DNA from: the human T2T-CHM13v2.0 reference genome, Homo sapiens
Strand: one strand, 5' to 3'
NCBI RefSeq assembly: GCF_009914755.1
Contig: NC_060925.1
DNA length: 64,000 bases
The translations under genes were made by a program, and so were the position numbers. Below are positions 29,833-43,325 of this stretch, piece by piece (position 1 is the first letter of the stretch; every line of letters begins with the position of its first letter). The notes under the pieces were generated by a model. That model worked only from the letters and a program-made list of their open reading frames with translations. It searched no databases and had not been told where the DNA came from.

Positions 29833-31285
29833 TGTAATATCTACTTTTGTCAGGTGCTAAGAGCATTATATTGATCATCTCAATTCCCACAAATAGAAAT
29901 AAGTACTTTTTTTATCCCCTGTTCTTTACAATTTTACAGATAAAGAAATTCAAGCCCAGCATAGATAAGTAATGTAACTAATGGAACAGAGCTTTAAAGA
30001 GAGAGAAAATACAAATCATCTTGTCTTGAACCCTGCCATATATTATTACTGAAATCTCTTCCTGCAAAACTCTCTATTCATACATGCTTAGTTTTTAAAG
30101 ATTGTTCCCATGAACAAAGTTTTTATCTCATGTTACATGAGCGTCAGTGAGAACCTTCATTCTACCAGAGAAAAAAATCCCTGGGAAATAACCTAAAAAC
30201 AAGACCCTTTAATTAGATCTGTATTTAATATAAAAAGCACATTAAATTCCAATGCAAAATAAAGACAGAATTAATATTTTAAATAAGTATGCACTTTTCA
30301 GCAACTGCCTGATTGATTCTTTTGCACCTCCTTTACTCAGGTAATTTGACTTGTCTCCAATGTGAGATTATGTTCTCTCATATTTTGACCTCAGTGTGGA
30401 AAATTATGTGGAACCACTTCCTCAGAAGTCGGAGGCACTGTATTTATGGTCAGTTTCACTACTTATTCCTCATACTTGTTTCTCTTTATCAGGACTATTG
30501 CCACCTATGATTTAGCATATATTGGCTTGTGCTGGAAGGCATTACATCTCATTGTGTCTATCTTACCACAGAATGTTGAATCTCATTTCAGTGAAACTTC
30601 CTAATCTTGCTTTATCAACAAATGTCTGTTTTCTTATTCCAGATCTACGTCAATCCTATCTATATTTCAGGGCCAAATTTCATTTCTATCTTCTGAACTT
30701 TACCAATTAGAATAAGCTATATGAATATTTTCATTTAGTTTTTCATATGTTTGACATTTGGTATGACCAATACTATAAATTGATGACAGAGTATCCTATC
30801 ATATCTCTGCAAGTACAATGTTGAGAAATTCTAGCAAAAAGGTTTCCATTTATTTGCAAAGCTTAGCTACTGCAAAGGAATGCAAGGAACAAGAAAAGAG
30901 GAAAAGACAACTAAATAAAGGACAATATAGATTGACGTGGTAGCAGATGTGACAGCAAAATTGTATTCGCATCTAAATAAAATATAAAATCTTCCATGTA
31001 TGTTCCATGTTTTATATTCTATTGTATCCCATTATATAATCCATGGCTTACATTTGTATTTATATGGTAAGTTGAAAAGAAAAAATAAAATATCAAATGT
31101 TGATTATGTTAAATATTATATTACTATAGAGTCTGTGGTATTTTTCTTAAAGTTAGGTTAAACAGACTATACCATTTTAATGATAGAGAATACAAAAATG
31201 CAAATTATTGGAGAATTGACTTCTTATCATTTATTTCTTCACCTTCTTATTTCAATATTCAAATGGTAAAGAAAACAAAACATAC

Positions 31286-31419
31286 CTCAAATTTTTTCTA
31301 ACTAAGAAACCACGTATCCATCTTTGAACAATCAAAACTGGTGAATTATGAGCCAGAATTGCATTAATTTTTGAAGTAATATGTTTAATATTATTAATTT
31401 CCTCTTCATAGGTTGTTCC
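31286..31419 (-). CDS. LRRIQ3: LRRIQ3 third coding exon (134 nt; GTTYEEEINNIKHITSKINAILAHNSPVLIVQRWIRGFLVRKNL + 2 nt), IQ calmodulin-binding motif
   Basis: Not in the ORF track. Acceptor tttctttatacag|GGA at 31420/31419; donor TGAG|gtatgt at 31286/31285; phase-0 start matches the previous exon; VQRWIRGFLVR fits [IV]QxxxRGxxxR. Confidence 0.9.
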
Positions 31420-31557
31420 CTGTATAAAGAAAATATAATTAATAATTTTTATCTTTCATGAAAGTATTTTCAAAAGATATTTTAAATTTGGTAATCTATT
31501 GGTTTAAATAAACTAACAAAATGTTCACAAGGTCTTACAGGCATTATAGTTAAATTA

Positions 31558-31962
31558 TGATATGGTTGGATGTTTGTGCCCTCCAAATCTTATGTTGAAA
31601 TGCAATCCCCAATGTTAGAGATAGGGGCTTGTGGGAGGTATTGGATCATGGGGGCTGTTCCCTCCTGAATGGCTTAGTGTCATCCCTTTGATGATGAGTG
31701 AACTTCTTGCTCATATAGTTCACATGAGATCTGGTTGTGGGACCACCCCTTCTGTCTCCTGCTCCCTCTCTCACCATGTGACTTGCCTGCCTCCCATTCA
31801 CCTTCCACCATGATTGTAGGTTTCCTGAGGCCCTTACCAGAAACAGATGCCAGCACCATACTTCCTATATACCCTATAGAAACATGAGCCAAAATAAACC
31901 TCTTTTCTTTATAAATTACCCAGCCTCAGGTATTTCTTTATAGCAATGAAACTGAGTAATAA
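31558..31962 (+). mobile_element. MST(B)-like MaLR solo LTR
   Basis: tgatatggttggatgtttgtgccctccaaatct start; aataaacctcttttctttataaattacccagcctcaggtatttctttatagcaatg end. Confidence 0.88.
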
Positions 31963-32739
31963 AAATAATAAATACATTTTTATTATTAGAGTAAAAGAAC
32001 AATAATTAGTAGCATCAAGTAATTTCAATTCTCTACACAAAACATAAGATTCTTGATGATAACTTTTTCCATTAAAGATTATTTTCCCAATCTGATAATA
32101 TATGTATAAAATTTTAACCATAATCATTCTGCTCTCTAAATGGTAGTGGCACAAACAGGTGTCCAATGAAACTGCAAATACTCTGTCAGCCCCCATAAAT
32201 AAAATTGATATACTTTGATTCATAAAATAATGTATAGTAGTTAAAAATTTTGTTGTAGCTTAACTAGAATGTTGGACACTTTTATTGGAACACAGCAAAT
32301 TATCTTGGAAAAGATCCTGTATTGGCTTTGAGAAAGATCTCCTTTCCTGAAAATTTTTAGATTTGAGATCGTAGGCTCAGTATATTTCATTGACAACTTG
32401 ACTGGTTAGAAATAAGGTCACTGTTTATGTTTTGAATGTAAGATAATGCATTAAAAATACTGACAATTGCATTGTTCATGAAGCACCTCTTCTGAAAATT
32501 ATCAACCCTATTACACTTAAAACATACACCTTTTCTGCATATACACTCAATAAAAAAGTTTACAGGAAACAAAAAAAAAATCACAACACCTTGCAGATTA
32601 GTGCCGCTTCCGATTTATACTTTCAAACACTCATTGCTAATTATAAACTTATTTCCTTGGCTCTGTCTTTATTCTATTCCCAACATTAGCTACTGAAAAC
32701 CTTTGACACTATTCGATACTCTTCCAGTCCATTCCCTGG

Positions 32740-34180
32740 AGCTTCCTAAACACTCTGCTTCTTTTTTCACAGAGAAACTAGAGCCATCAAGTCTGAACTC
32801 CATCAATTAACTCCCCTCCATTCTCTGTAAATTTAACTATATTCCTATCTATACTGAGTAGAAGTGCCTTCTACTCAAACTTAAAACAAGAAGTAACTCT
32901 TTTTTTGTCTAAGATTGGCACTCTATTATGAGTCTCATATCTGTTTTCTAAGGCTCTCCCTCTGCTAGCACTATCTGTTCATATATAAAGATGATATAAC
33001 TTTACCTATCCTTAAATCCTAACTCTCAATCCTTTATATCTAACTTTCATTAAGAGCCCAAAATCTAGAAACAGAATTCCATGTTTGTTTCTCCCACTTT
33101 CTTTTTTTTTGTTTTGTTTTTCTATCTCTCATTCCACTGGCTTCTATCCCTATCATCCAAGGGCACTTTTTTAGAGTTAACATTGGACATTCCCTCCTTG
33201 AAACACTTGCCTTAGATTCTGTACTACACTTCTTTCAGTTTTCCTCTAAATCTTGTTTACTTCTGCACTTTAAAAAAAACTATATATACCATGTTTATCA
33301 CTTCATTGTTACATTGAAAGAATTTTCTCCATGTTGCTTTTTAATCTCTACACATCCTCCAAATGACCACTTCTAAGTTCATAGCTTGAACACTCACTTT
33401 TGTGCTACAGACTCTCAGATTTCTATGTTTAGGCCTGACCTACGTAACAATATAGTCAAACTGATATCTAACTAAATACAACTTTCCCAAATATGAATTT
33501 TCTTTCCCAACCTGCTTTCTCATATACACTACCTTAGTAAATGGTACCAGTGCCCACAGTTGCCTAAACCAGAAACCCTGGAACCATCCTAGGTTCTCTC
33601 TTTTTTTATGCTTCCTGGCATGCAAATGTTACTAGATGCAGTACATTCAACATCCCAAATATCAGTCTTACCTCTCTTTTTCTTCTATTTTCTGCCATTG
33701 CTTTTCCTATGTCTTTAACACCACTTCCGTAACTTACTAAAATTCTCCTAACTTATATCTTCATTAATTCCTGTTCCCCCACTTTCTCCAAACCATAAAA
33801 TGCACTATTGCTAGATTGAGCATTCCAAAATGTAAATCTTATCATATGACATTCTAGATTAATATATTTATTGGCTTGCCAATGAAAGACAAATTACAAA
33901 TGTCTTGGTTTGCCACACAAAGTCCTTCTTGATCTAGTCCCATCCTAGCTCCTTAATCTCATCTCAATTTATCCTACATAGAATTACCTGATAATCAAAC
34001 TTAAATGCTTTTTGCCATCTGTATTTCTTGAACTGCCTTTTTCAATGATTTGTCTCACAATTTTAGTCTTTGGGAGACTCAGTTCCTTCCCCCAAGAAGA
34101 CTTTCTTGATGTTGATCTGCATTCAGTGTCTTTATACAATATTATCCTGTGTCGTGTGAAATAATTCATTTGTCACTCTC
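32740..34180 (+). mobile_element. Degenerate L2 fragments
   Basis: ttagtaaatggtaccagtgcccacagttgcctaaaccagaaaccctgg; aaatgtaaatcttatcat motifs. Confidence 0.55.
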
Positions 34181-34185
34181 GACAA

Positions 34186-34833
34186 TGTTGAGTTTTACCT
34201 GACCCCTGTGTTCTTGGAAAACAGTGAAAGTTAAGAAATCTCCTCAGTCCTTTGTTTCAGGAAATGGCTTACTGAAAAGAAGCACCCTGCTCTTTATGAC
34301 TGACTTAAATAATACTCTTGGATGCCTTTCTTGTTTGTTTATAACAAGACCTGACACAGACCTTACAAATTCCCATTCTTCCCTTCTTTAACAATTAGCT
34401 GAAAGGTTTTGTCCCCACCAATCAATTGGAATAAAATATTTGTTAGCCCAACTTTAGTTGAGATTATTTCCTTCCCCTGGGCCCCTGAACTTTGGCCCAC
34501 CATCAGCCCCAGCCAGCACACAGTCTCCCTTTAACAGCCCCTCTTAAGAATAGGTTTTTCTCAGGGTAAAACAGTCTGTGCTCTAAGGTCAGACCATACC
34601 ACTTTTCTTCATTCCACTTCCCCACATTCATTTATTTATAGTCTTGTTTATTCCTCCTTATAAATGAGAAATTCTTTTGCCTAACCATTATGACTTTTGC
34701 AGATCTTATGGTCAGAACATTCTCCACATTGTAATAATCCCACTCTGCCTATTGCAATAGTTCCTTTCCCTCACGTGCAATCAGCTTTTTGAATAAGGTC
34801 TCTATTTATTAATCCTGATGTTTTTAGCTGACA
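34186..34833 (+). mobile_element. ERV1-class solo LTR (MER31/MER67-like), ~650 bp
   Basis: Begins TGTTGAGTTTTACCTGA and ends TGACA; TATAAA near 34658; aataagg poly(A)-like signal near 34792; family from memory. Confidence 0.65.
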
Positions 34834-36526
34834 AATTATTCTTTAATGCAATCATTGGTGTATCTTCTCCATATAAGCTCACCAAATTTAACAACTCTTC
34901 ATCCTACATATCTGGACTAACTGAGATATCTGGTCTATAACTGGCATTTGATTATCAATTGACTGTTAAAATACTAAGTAATCATTATCGTTGGCCTCCA
35001 AGCGTGACTTAACAATGTCAATCAATTTATTCTTGTAACTCAATTATTTTGCATGGCTACAAAGACATCACACTCTTTTTCTCCCTTTTAAACTTTTCTT
35101 AGTCTGTTTTGCTGGTTCATTTTCTTCTGCAAACATTTAAACATTTGATTTAACTTAGATTTTCATTCTTTTTCATCTTTCTTGGCTAACTCTTCTCAAG
35201 TGAAAACCTTCCTTGTAATATCTTACTGCCTCACATACCTAGATTATCCACATAGCTGTAATCTCCTGTCAGACATTCTTTCTTAAATTACAGGCATATA
35301 AAATAAACTTCCAATTCCATTTATTTACTTTGATGTCAAAACTATAAATAATTATCTCCCTAACTTGAATCAATCCACACTCATATTATATTATCTATAT
35401 AGTCATAAAAACGATTCTTCGTCGTGTCAACCAAGTAATAAACCCATATTCCTCTTTCTCTCGCACCTTTTTCCATTCAATAAATCACTAAATTCTATCA
35501 AATAGCCCTTCAATCTGTTCCTTATACACTATACCTGAACTATTATAATAGACTCCTAATTCCCCTATATTCAATTTCCCTCCACTCCAAAATTACAGAA
35601 TACAGGATGATTTTTCTAGAATAAAAATCAGGTCATATAAATGCCTGAAATGTTTCCCCAAGATCTTGCAAGATAAAGTCCTGTCTCCTTAGTATTACAT
35701 ATAACACCCTTTGCTATTTTAATCCCGTTTTTGTCTCCAGCATCATTTGACATGCCCAAACATATCCTCTAAACTCCAAGAACACGAAACTACTTGTTGT
35801 CACTTGCATGTGCCAAGCTCTATCAATACCTCTGTGCCTTTGCAAATGCTTTCCACTCTGCCTCACAGGCTCTTCACTCATGCCAACACCTCTATTTGCC
35901 TAGTAATTTCTTACATTCAAAAAATTCATCAGAAATATAAATACTTCTGCATTTTTTCCTGTGATTAGAGAATTGAACTTCAAAGATTTTTAAAGAAAAT
36001 ATATGTACTTTGCTCACAGAATTTTTCCCAGTACTCAGATTCATGGTGTTTTATCCATTATTTCCTGATTATTGCTTCTCCTTTATTTGCTTTAATTTTC
36101 TCTACCGTAATTCCATCCTATTTATAAATATTACATGAATGTCTACATTGTTTCTCATAACTTTATGTATTTATTCTCATTTTGGTGAAGCCACTCTGTC
36201 AAAGGTCAGTTTCTCATATTGAATTTTTTATTTAGCTTATCAACTATTTCAGTTATGTGGCTGAGTCTAAGTTCTTTTCTGAAGCTCCTAACTGCTCTCA
36301 CACGAGTCCTATCATATACCATTTGATATTTATTGTAACCCTGACTGTACTTGAATCTCTCCATGAAACCTATTCTGTAGTAATGGATCCTGTCACTTGT
36401 TCTATCGTCACCCTGAAAACATAGAGGGTTTTGCAGAATTTCCTCTAGTTCCTGTGATTTTATAATATTTTTCAGGAAGAATAGCTTAAAGTCAGGCTGC
36501 CTTAGTTTCTTCTTTTGATTCAGTTA

Positions 36527-36886
36527 TGTCTTAGTCCATCTGGGTAGCTACAACAAAATACATAGTCTGGGTAGCTTATAAACAACAGAAACTTATTTCT
36601 ATCAGTTCTGGAGGCTGGGAAGTCCAAGATAAAGCTACTGGCAGTTTTAGTGTTGGATTAAGGCCCATTTCCTGGTCCATAAATGGTACCTTCCCACTGT
36701 GTCCTCACGTAATGGAAAGGGGACGGATCTCTCTGGGGCCTCTTTACAAAGAACACGAATCCTATTTATGAGGGTTCTACCCTCATGACCTAATCACCTC
36801 CAAAAGTCTCCACCTCCAAATACCATCATATTGGAGATTAGATTTTAGCATGTAAATTTTAGACTGGCCACATTTAGACCATAGCA
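36527..36886 (-). mobile_element. MLT1A-like solo LTR
   Basis: tgtcttagtccat...gttctggaggctgggaagtccaagat...catgacctaatcacctcc...accatagca. Confidence 0.85.
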
Positions 36887-38344
36887 GTCTCACCTTCATC
36901 GTATCCGACAAAAAGTCTTTGCTATGTCTAGAATTATCCAGAGCTAATAATATTTTGTAAGAATATTATCTTTTACTAGTTTCTAGTATAGATGTGATTT
37001 CCACAAATCTATATGTTTGTTAATTACATTTGTGCTCATGATGCCACCTGTGGCTTAGGATTAAAGGGGTTGAGTGTAATGATGTAAAAGTGCATAAGTG
37101 GTGGCAAGGGGATGGGGGTAGAAGTGTTGGAGAAGCAGAAAGAATACAGGAGGGAATTTAGATGATTAGAACCAAGTAGCCCTGGTCAGAAGCAGTTCTC
37201 ATCAGTAGAGAAACATTAAGCTCATATTGCAGTTTACATCAGAGTCCTGCTTCTCACTGAGTCATGAAAAATTCCTTCTCATTAAAGAAATAAACAGAAT
37301 ATTCATCAGCTCTGGGTAGTATGAGTGTCCCTTCCAGAGAACAAGTAAACTCCAGACAATACTTAAGCTTTCTGATGTCATAAAACAATGATCTTGAAAA
37401 GTAACAATAAAGACCCTGCAAAATTTTACAAATGCCATAAACCATTTGATGTCTGAAGATGAAGGAATCCTCTTTGTAAAATAATAATAATAATAATAAT
37501 GCATTCCCTCCATTAAAGAAGTGACGGCTCTGAAGAAAAACTACATTTGTTTAAATCTTAGTTCTACCACTTGCTAGCTGTGTATTATAGGGTAAATAAC
37601 CTATCTGTATCATGTTTTCATCATTTGTAAAATGGAGATAACGATGGTACAACTCACTGGGTTGTTGTGAGGTTTTAAGCATGCAAACAATGTTATCTTT
37701 CAACAGTTTTATAGCAATACTTAAAATGATATAGTGTTTTAGGGTTTATAAGGGACTTCTACATACATTATTATATTTGATACTTACAAAATTTTATCTA
37801 AAAAGAGACGTGTACTAATTAATTTATCCAAACTAATATAATGTAAAAGTATGAAATCAACAAATTAACTATAAAAGATAATCACTACAAATGTTTTCAA
37901 TCCAATCAAAGGAATTATAGTAAAGGCTTAGCAAAGAACAAAAGATGCTTAGGCAAAAAACTATCAACAATCAATAAAATGATTGGTAGAATAATAGAAA
38001 TTCTATACTACGTGCCTGAAATGAAACGGGCTATTACTAATCCTGGAACGAAATAGAGTGAGACATGCAAAAGAATATTAAGGACTTTTATAATTATGAC
38101 TCATATGGATGACAGTGTTTTGCATGTCAACAGTAAGAGTTGTTTAAAAACTAATTCTAAAACTATATGCTAGTCACATTGTATAAAATGATGCAAAACA
38201 ATTTCCCAATTAATTTGACATTCTAAATGCATATTGTACTTATATAATTTTTATCTTCCCTACTTCCACGTTTTTAGTTCTACGATCTAGTCCATAAAGT
38301 TTATCTTTTTCTATTTTATTTGTGAATATTTTCCATAAGAATAT

Positions 38345-38690
38345 TTGATCTCATAGAAGTAAAATGTAGAACAGAGGATACTAGAGGCTGGGAAGGGTAG
38401 AGGGAAAGAAGAGATAGGAAAAGATTTGTCAAAAGACAGAAAATTACATGTACATAGGAGGAATAAGTTCTAGTGTTTATATCACTGCAAAATGACTATA
38501 GTTAATAATAACATATTATATAGTTTTAGATAGCTAGAAGGAAGATAGTGAATGTTCCCAACACAAAGAAATGATAAATGTTTGAGATGATGAATATGCT
38601 AACTATGCTGATTGGATCACTATACACTATATATTTTGAAACACCATGAATGCCATAAATATGTACAATTATATCAGTTAATTTTTTTTA
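38345..38690 (+). mobile_element. L1MA 3' UTR fragment
   Basis: ataggaggaataagttctagtg; aatgttcccaacacaaagaaatgataaatgtttgag. Confidence 0.8.
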
Positions 38691-39749
38691 AAAATCCAAA
38701 TTTGGCACACATTTTCTCAGCATATTTGAAAAGTGTAAAACATACCAATCCCATAAGTGTTTATTTCAAATAAAGAAAAATCATATCATTTTTACCTTTT
38801 TATTTATTCTTTTAATATTATGTTCACTTTAATAGTCCCACAAAATGGTAAAAAATCTGTGTGAAACTTCCCACACTAGCATGGAATCTTTTGCATTATT
38901 TAAATCAGTATTTATAAGGATCACTTGGTAAACACTGAGGTACAAGATGGCTGTGTTTTATTAACTGTAAACCCAGGGCATAGAACAAAACTGTAACATA
39001 GTACATAGTAGTTATATAACAAAAGTGAGTACTCTAAGTGTGCTAGGCAGTGAAAATATAATTTTTCTATTGTTGAAATAATTTTATATAAGTAGCATTA
39101 TTCTATGGACATTCACACAGATTGCTGCATGTGTATCAATAATCTGTTAATATTTCTGGTTGAGTACTATACCATGGTAGGGATGTGTCAATTCATTTAA
39201 CCATTCACTCATTGAAGGACATCTAGGTATTTTCCAGTTCGGGGCCATTACCAATAAAACTGCTTTAAACACTCATGTACAAGCTTTTATGTGAACATAA
39301 GCCTTCATTTCTCTGGGATAAATTCTCAGTATTGCAATTGCTGAATCATATGATTATTCCATGTTTAGTTTTTTCAGAAAATGTCAAAATCTTTTCCAGA
39401 GTGGCTGTACTATTTTATTTTCCTACCAGTTTTGCTGCATACATGCCAGAATTTATTGTCACTCTTTTTTTTTAATTTTAGCCATTCTGAATAGTATGTA
39501 GTAATATCTCATTGTGGTTTCAATTTCCATTTCCCTAACAGCTAATGATATTGAATATTTTTTCACGTGATTACTTTGCCATCTGTATATACCCTTTGGT
39601 GAAATTCCTCTTCTGGATTTTGTTCAATTTTTAATTAGATTGTTTCATATGTTTTTGACGTGTGTGTGTATGTGTGTCTGTGTGTGTGTGTTTTAAGGCT
39701 TGAGAGTTGTATACATTTTCTATATACTAGTCTTTTTTCAGATACAGGG

Positions 39750-40127
39750 TGCTATAGGCTGAATCGTTTCCCCTCAAATTCATATACTGAATTACTAACC
39801 CCCAATAACTCAGAATGTGACTGTATTTGGAGATAGAGTTCTAAGAGGTAAATAAGTTAAAATAAGACCATATGGGTGGGCTCTAATACAATATGACTGG
39901 TGTTCTTTTAAGAAATTTGGACACAAACACTTTCACAGAGGAAACACCATGTAAAGACAGGGAGAAGAAGAGCATCTACAAGCCAATGAGAGAGTCTTCA
40001 GAAGAAATCAACTTTGCTGATGCCTCAATCTTGGATTTCTAGCCTCCAGAATTGTAAATAAATAAATACATTTCTCTTTAAGCTACCTAGTGGTACTTTG
40101 TTATGGCAGCCCTAGCAAACAAATACA
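39750..40127 (+). mobile_element. MLT1B-like solo LTR
   Basis: tgctataggctgaat start; ttgttatggcagccctagcaaacaaataca end. Confidence 0.88.
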
Positions 40128-42332
40128 TAGAGTTTGCAAATACTTGCCCCAAATCTGTAGCTTATCTTTTCATTCTCCTAACAGGGTCTTTCATAGAGCA
40201 AAATTTTTGAAAAAAAATTTGATTACATGCATTTTATCATTTATTCCTTTTACAAAGTATGCTTTTGATGTCAGGTCTAAGAATTCTGTCTAGTCCTAGA
40301 TGCCCAAAAGTATTACTTTTCTAAAATTCTGTAACTTTACATCTTACACAACTGCTTGACCTATTTTGAGTTAATTTTTGTATAAAGTATGAAACTTAGA
40401 CTGAGGAGTTTTGATGTTATTGGTCTTTTGGCTATGGATACCCAATTGCTCCAGGACCATTTATTGAAAAGACTTTTTTACTTCATCAAATTACATTTGT
40501 ACCTTTGCCAAAATTCATTTGGACATATTGCATGAACCTATTTTTAGGTTTTATTTTCTGTTCTATTGATCTATGTGCCCATGTGTTATCAATACCACCA
40601 CAGTCTTGATTACGATAGCTACACGTGTCTAAAAATAAGGTAACTGATGCATCCCACTTTTTTCTTGTTTTTCTAAGTTCTTTTAACAATTCTAGTTTGT
40701 TTATATTTCCATATAAAATTCAGTATAATCTTGACTACATCTACAATCTTATGGAATTTTGATAAGAATTGCATTGAAGCTGTATATAAATTTCGGTAGA
40801 ATTGAGATCTTTATTTTTATTTTTTAAATCAGTGTTATGTAGTTTTCAGCGCAGCAGTACTGTGCATGTATTGTTAGATTTATATATTAAGTATTTCATT
40901 TCTTTGAATGATGATAAATTGTATTTCAAATTTTGGCTTCCATGTGTTCATTGCTAGTATATAGAAATATAATTTTTGTATGTTTATCTGGCATACTGAG
41001 ACAATGCTAACCTTACTTATTAGTTCTAATATATTCTTTGTAGATTCTTGAGGATTTTTTACATAGGTGATCATTTGATCTGCAAATAGAGTTGTATTTC
41101 CTCTTTTCCAATTTCTTTTCCTTTTGTTTCCTTTTCTCACCTTGTTGTACTGGCTATTTTCTGGCACTATGTTGAAAAGAGAAGTGACAGTGGACATCCA
41201 TGCTTTATTCCCAATAATGTGGGAAAAGTGTTCTTTCACCATTAAGCATAATGTTAGTTGTAGGTATTTTCTTGATGTTTTTCCTCAAGTTGAGGAAGTT
41301 GCCTTCTAAACATATTTTTCTGAAAGTTTTTGTCACAAATAGATGTTGAAATTTGTCAAATTTTTTTCTGCATGAATTGGTATGACATCTCTTCTTTAGT
41401 CTTTTAATAAGGTGGATTGCATTTATTGGTTTAGAATGTTGAACCATCCTTGAATCCCTATACTTGGTCCCACTTGATCATAGTATATATTTTTATATAC
41501 TGCTGAATTGTATTCGCTAATATTTTTAAAGATTTCTATGCTTATGCTCTTAAGGAATATTGATCTGTGGTTTTCCTTTCTTGTGCTGTCTTTCATTTTG
41601 GTATCCAGATAATTTTAGCTTCATAATATAAATTAGGAGGTGTTCCTTTTTTATTTTTATTTTTTGGAATATATTGTACAGAATTGGTGTTACTTTTACA
41701 TGTTTGGGATAATTCTCCAGTGAAGCAATCTAGTCTTGTATGTTTCTCTTTTGTGAATTTTAAAACTATGAAATCAATTTCCTTAATAGTTATACAATTA
41801 TTCAAATTATCTATTTCATGGTGGGTGAGTTTTTGTAGTTTGTGTTTTTTTTTCTGTAGAAGTGTTTCATTTCATCCAGACTGTCTAGTTTACGTGTGTA
41901 GAATATTTAGTATTATTATTCTGTTAACATTTGCAAGGCCTGTGATCTCCCTGGTTTCATGCATGATGTTGATAATTTGTCTCTCCCTTTTCCTTTGTCA
42001 GTCTTGACAGGTTTGTCAATTTTATTCACTTTTTCAAAGAACCAGATGCTTGTTTTCCTAATTTTCTCAACTTCTTTGGTTTTTCAGTTTCACTAATATT
42101 CACTCCTTATCATTTTGTTCCTTCTGCTGGCTTTGGGTTAATTTTGCTCTTCTTTTTCTAGTTCTTGAGTGGGAAGCATAGATCATTGATATGATATTTT
42201 CCCTCTTTTCCAATTTAGTGCTATAAATTTTCCTCTAAGCATTGCCTTAGCTGTGTCCCACAACTTTTAAAACTTTGTATTTGTATTTTTATTCAGTTAA
42301 CCATTTCTTTATTTCTTTTACACCATCCTCTT

Positions 42333-43325
42333 TTGGGCTAAGGACATGAATAGACAATTCTCAAAAGAAGATATACAAATGGCCGACAAACATATGAAAA
42401 AAATGCTTAACATCACTAATTGTCAGGAAAACACAAATCAAAACCACAAGGTGATATCACCTTACTCCTGCAAGAATGGCCATAATAAAAAAATAATAAT
42501 AATAGACGCTGGCGTGGATGTGGTGAAAAGGGAACACTTTTACACTATTGGTGAAAATGTAAACTATTACAACCACTATGGAAAACAGTGTGGAGATTAT
42601 TTAAATAACTAAAAGTAGATCTACCATTAGATACAGCAATCCCACTCCTGGTTATCTATCCAGAGGAAAAGAAGTCATTATACAAAAAAGATACTTGCAC
42701 TTGCACACAGATGTTTAGAGCAGCACAATTTGGAATTGCAAAAATATGGAACCAGCCCAAATGCCCATCAATCAACAAGAGGATAAAGAAAATGTGGTAT
42801 ACATATACCATGGAATACGACTCAGCCATAAAAAGGAATGAAATAATGGCATTTGCAGCAACCTGGATGAAATTGGAGACCATTATTCTAAGTGAAGTAA
42901 CTCAGGAATGGAAAACCAAATATCGTATGTTCTCACTCACAGTGGGAGCTAAGCTATGAGGACTCAAAGGCATAAGAAGGTGATAGGTTCATAGGTGCAG
43001 CAAACCACCGTGACACATGTTTAACTATGTAACAAACCTGCACATCCTGCACATGTACCCCAGAACTTAAAATAAAAATAAAAATTAAAAAATACGACAC
43101 TCTAAACTTCCACATATTTTTTTTTAAAGAATGATACAATGGACTTTGGGGACTTGGGGAAAGAAGTGGTTGGGCTGGGGGTGAGAGATAAAAGACTGCA
43201 TACTGGATATTGTGTACATTGCTCTGGTGATGGGAGCACCAAAATCTCAGAAATCACCACTAAAGAACTTATTCATGTAACCAAACAGCACCTGTTCCAC
43301 AAAAACCTATTCAAATGATAAAATA
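42333..43325 (+). mobile_element. L1PB 3' end containing a nested L1PA 3' fragment
   Basis: gaagtaactcaggaatggaaaaccaaatatcgtatg; caaaatctcagaaatcaccactaaagaacttattcatgtaacc. Confidence 0.9.
42979..43092 (+). mobile_element. ~115-nt L1PA10-13-like extreme 3' end
   Basis: ataggtgcagcaaaccacc...cacatgtaccccagaacttaaaataaaa; AAGAA duplicated at 42974-42978 and 43127-43131. Confidence 0.85.
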
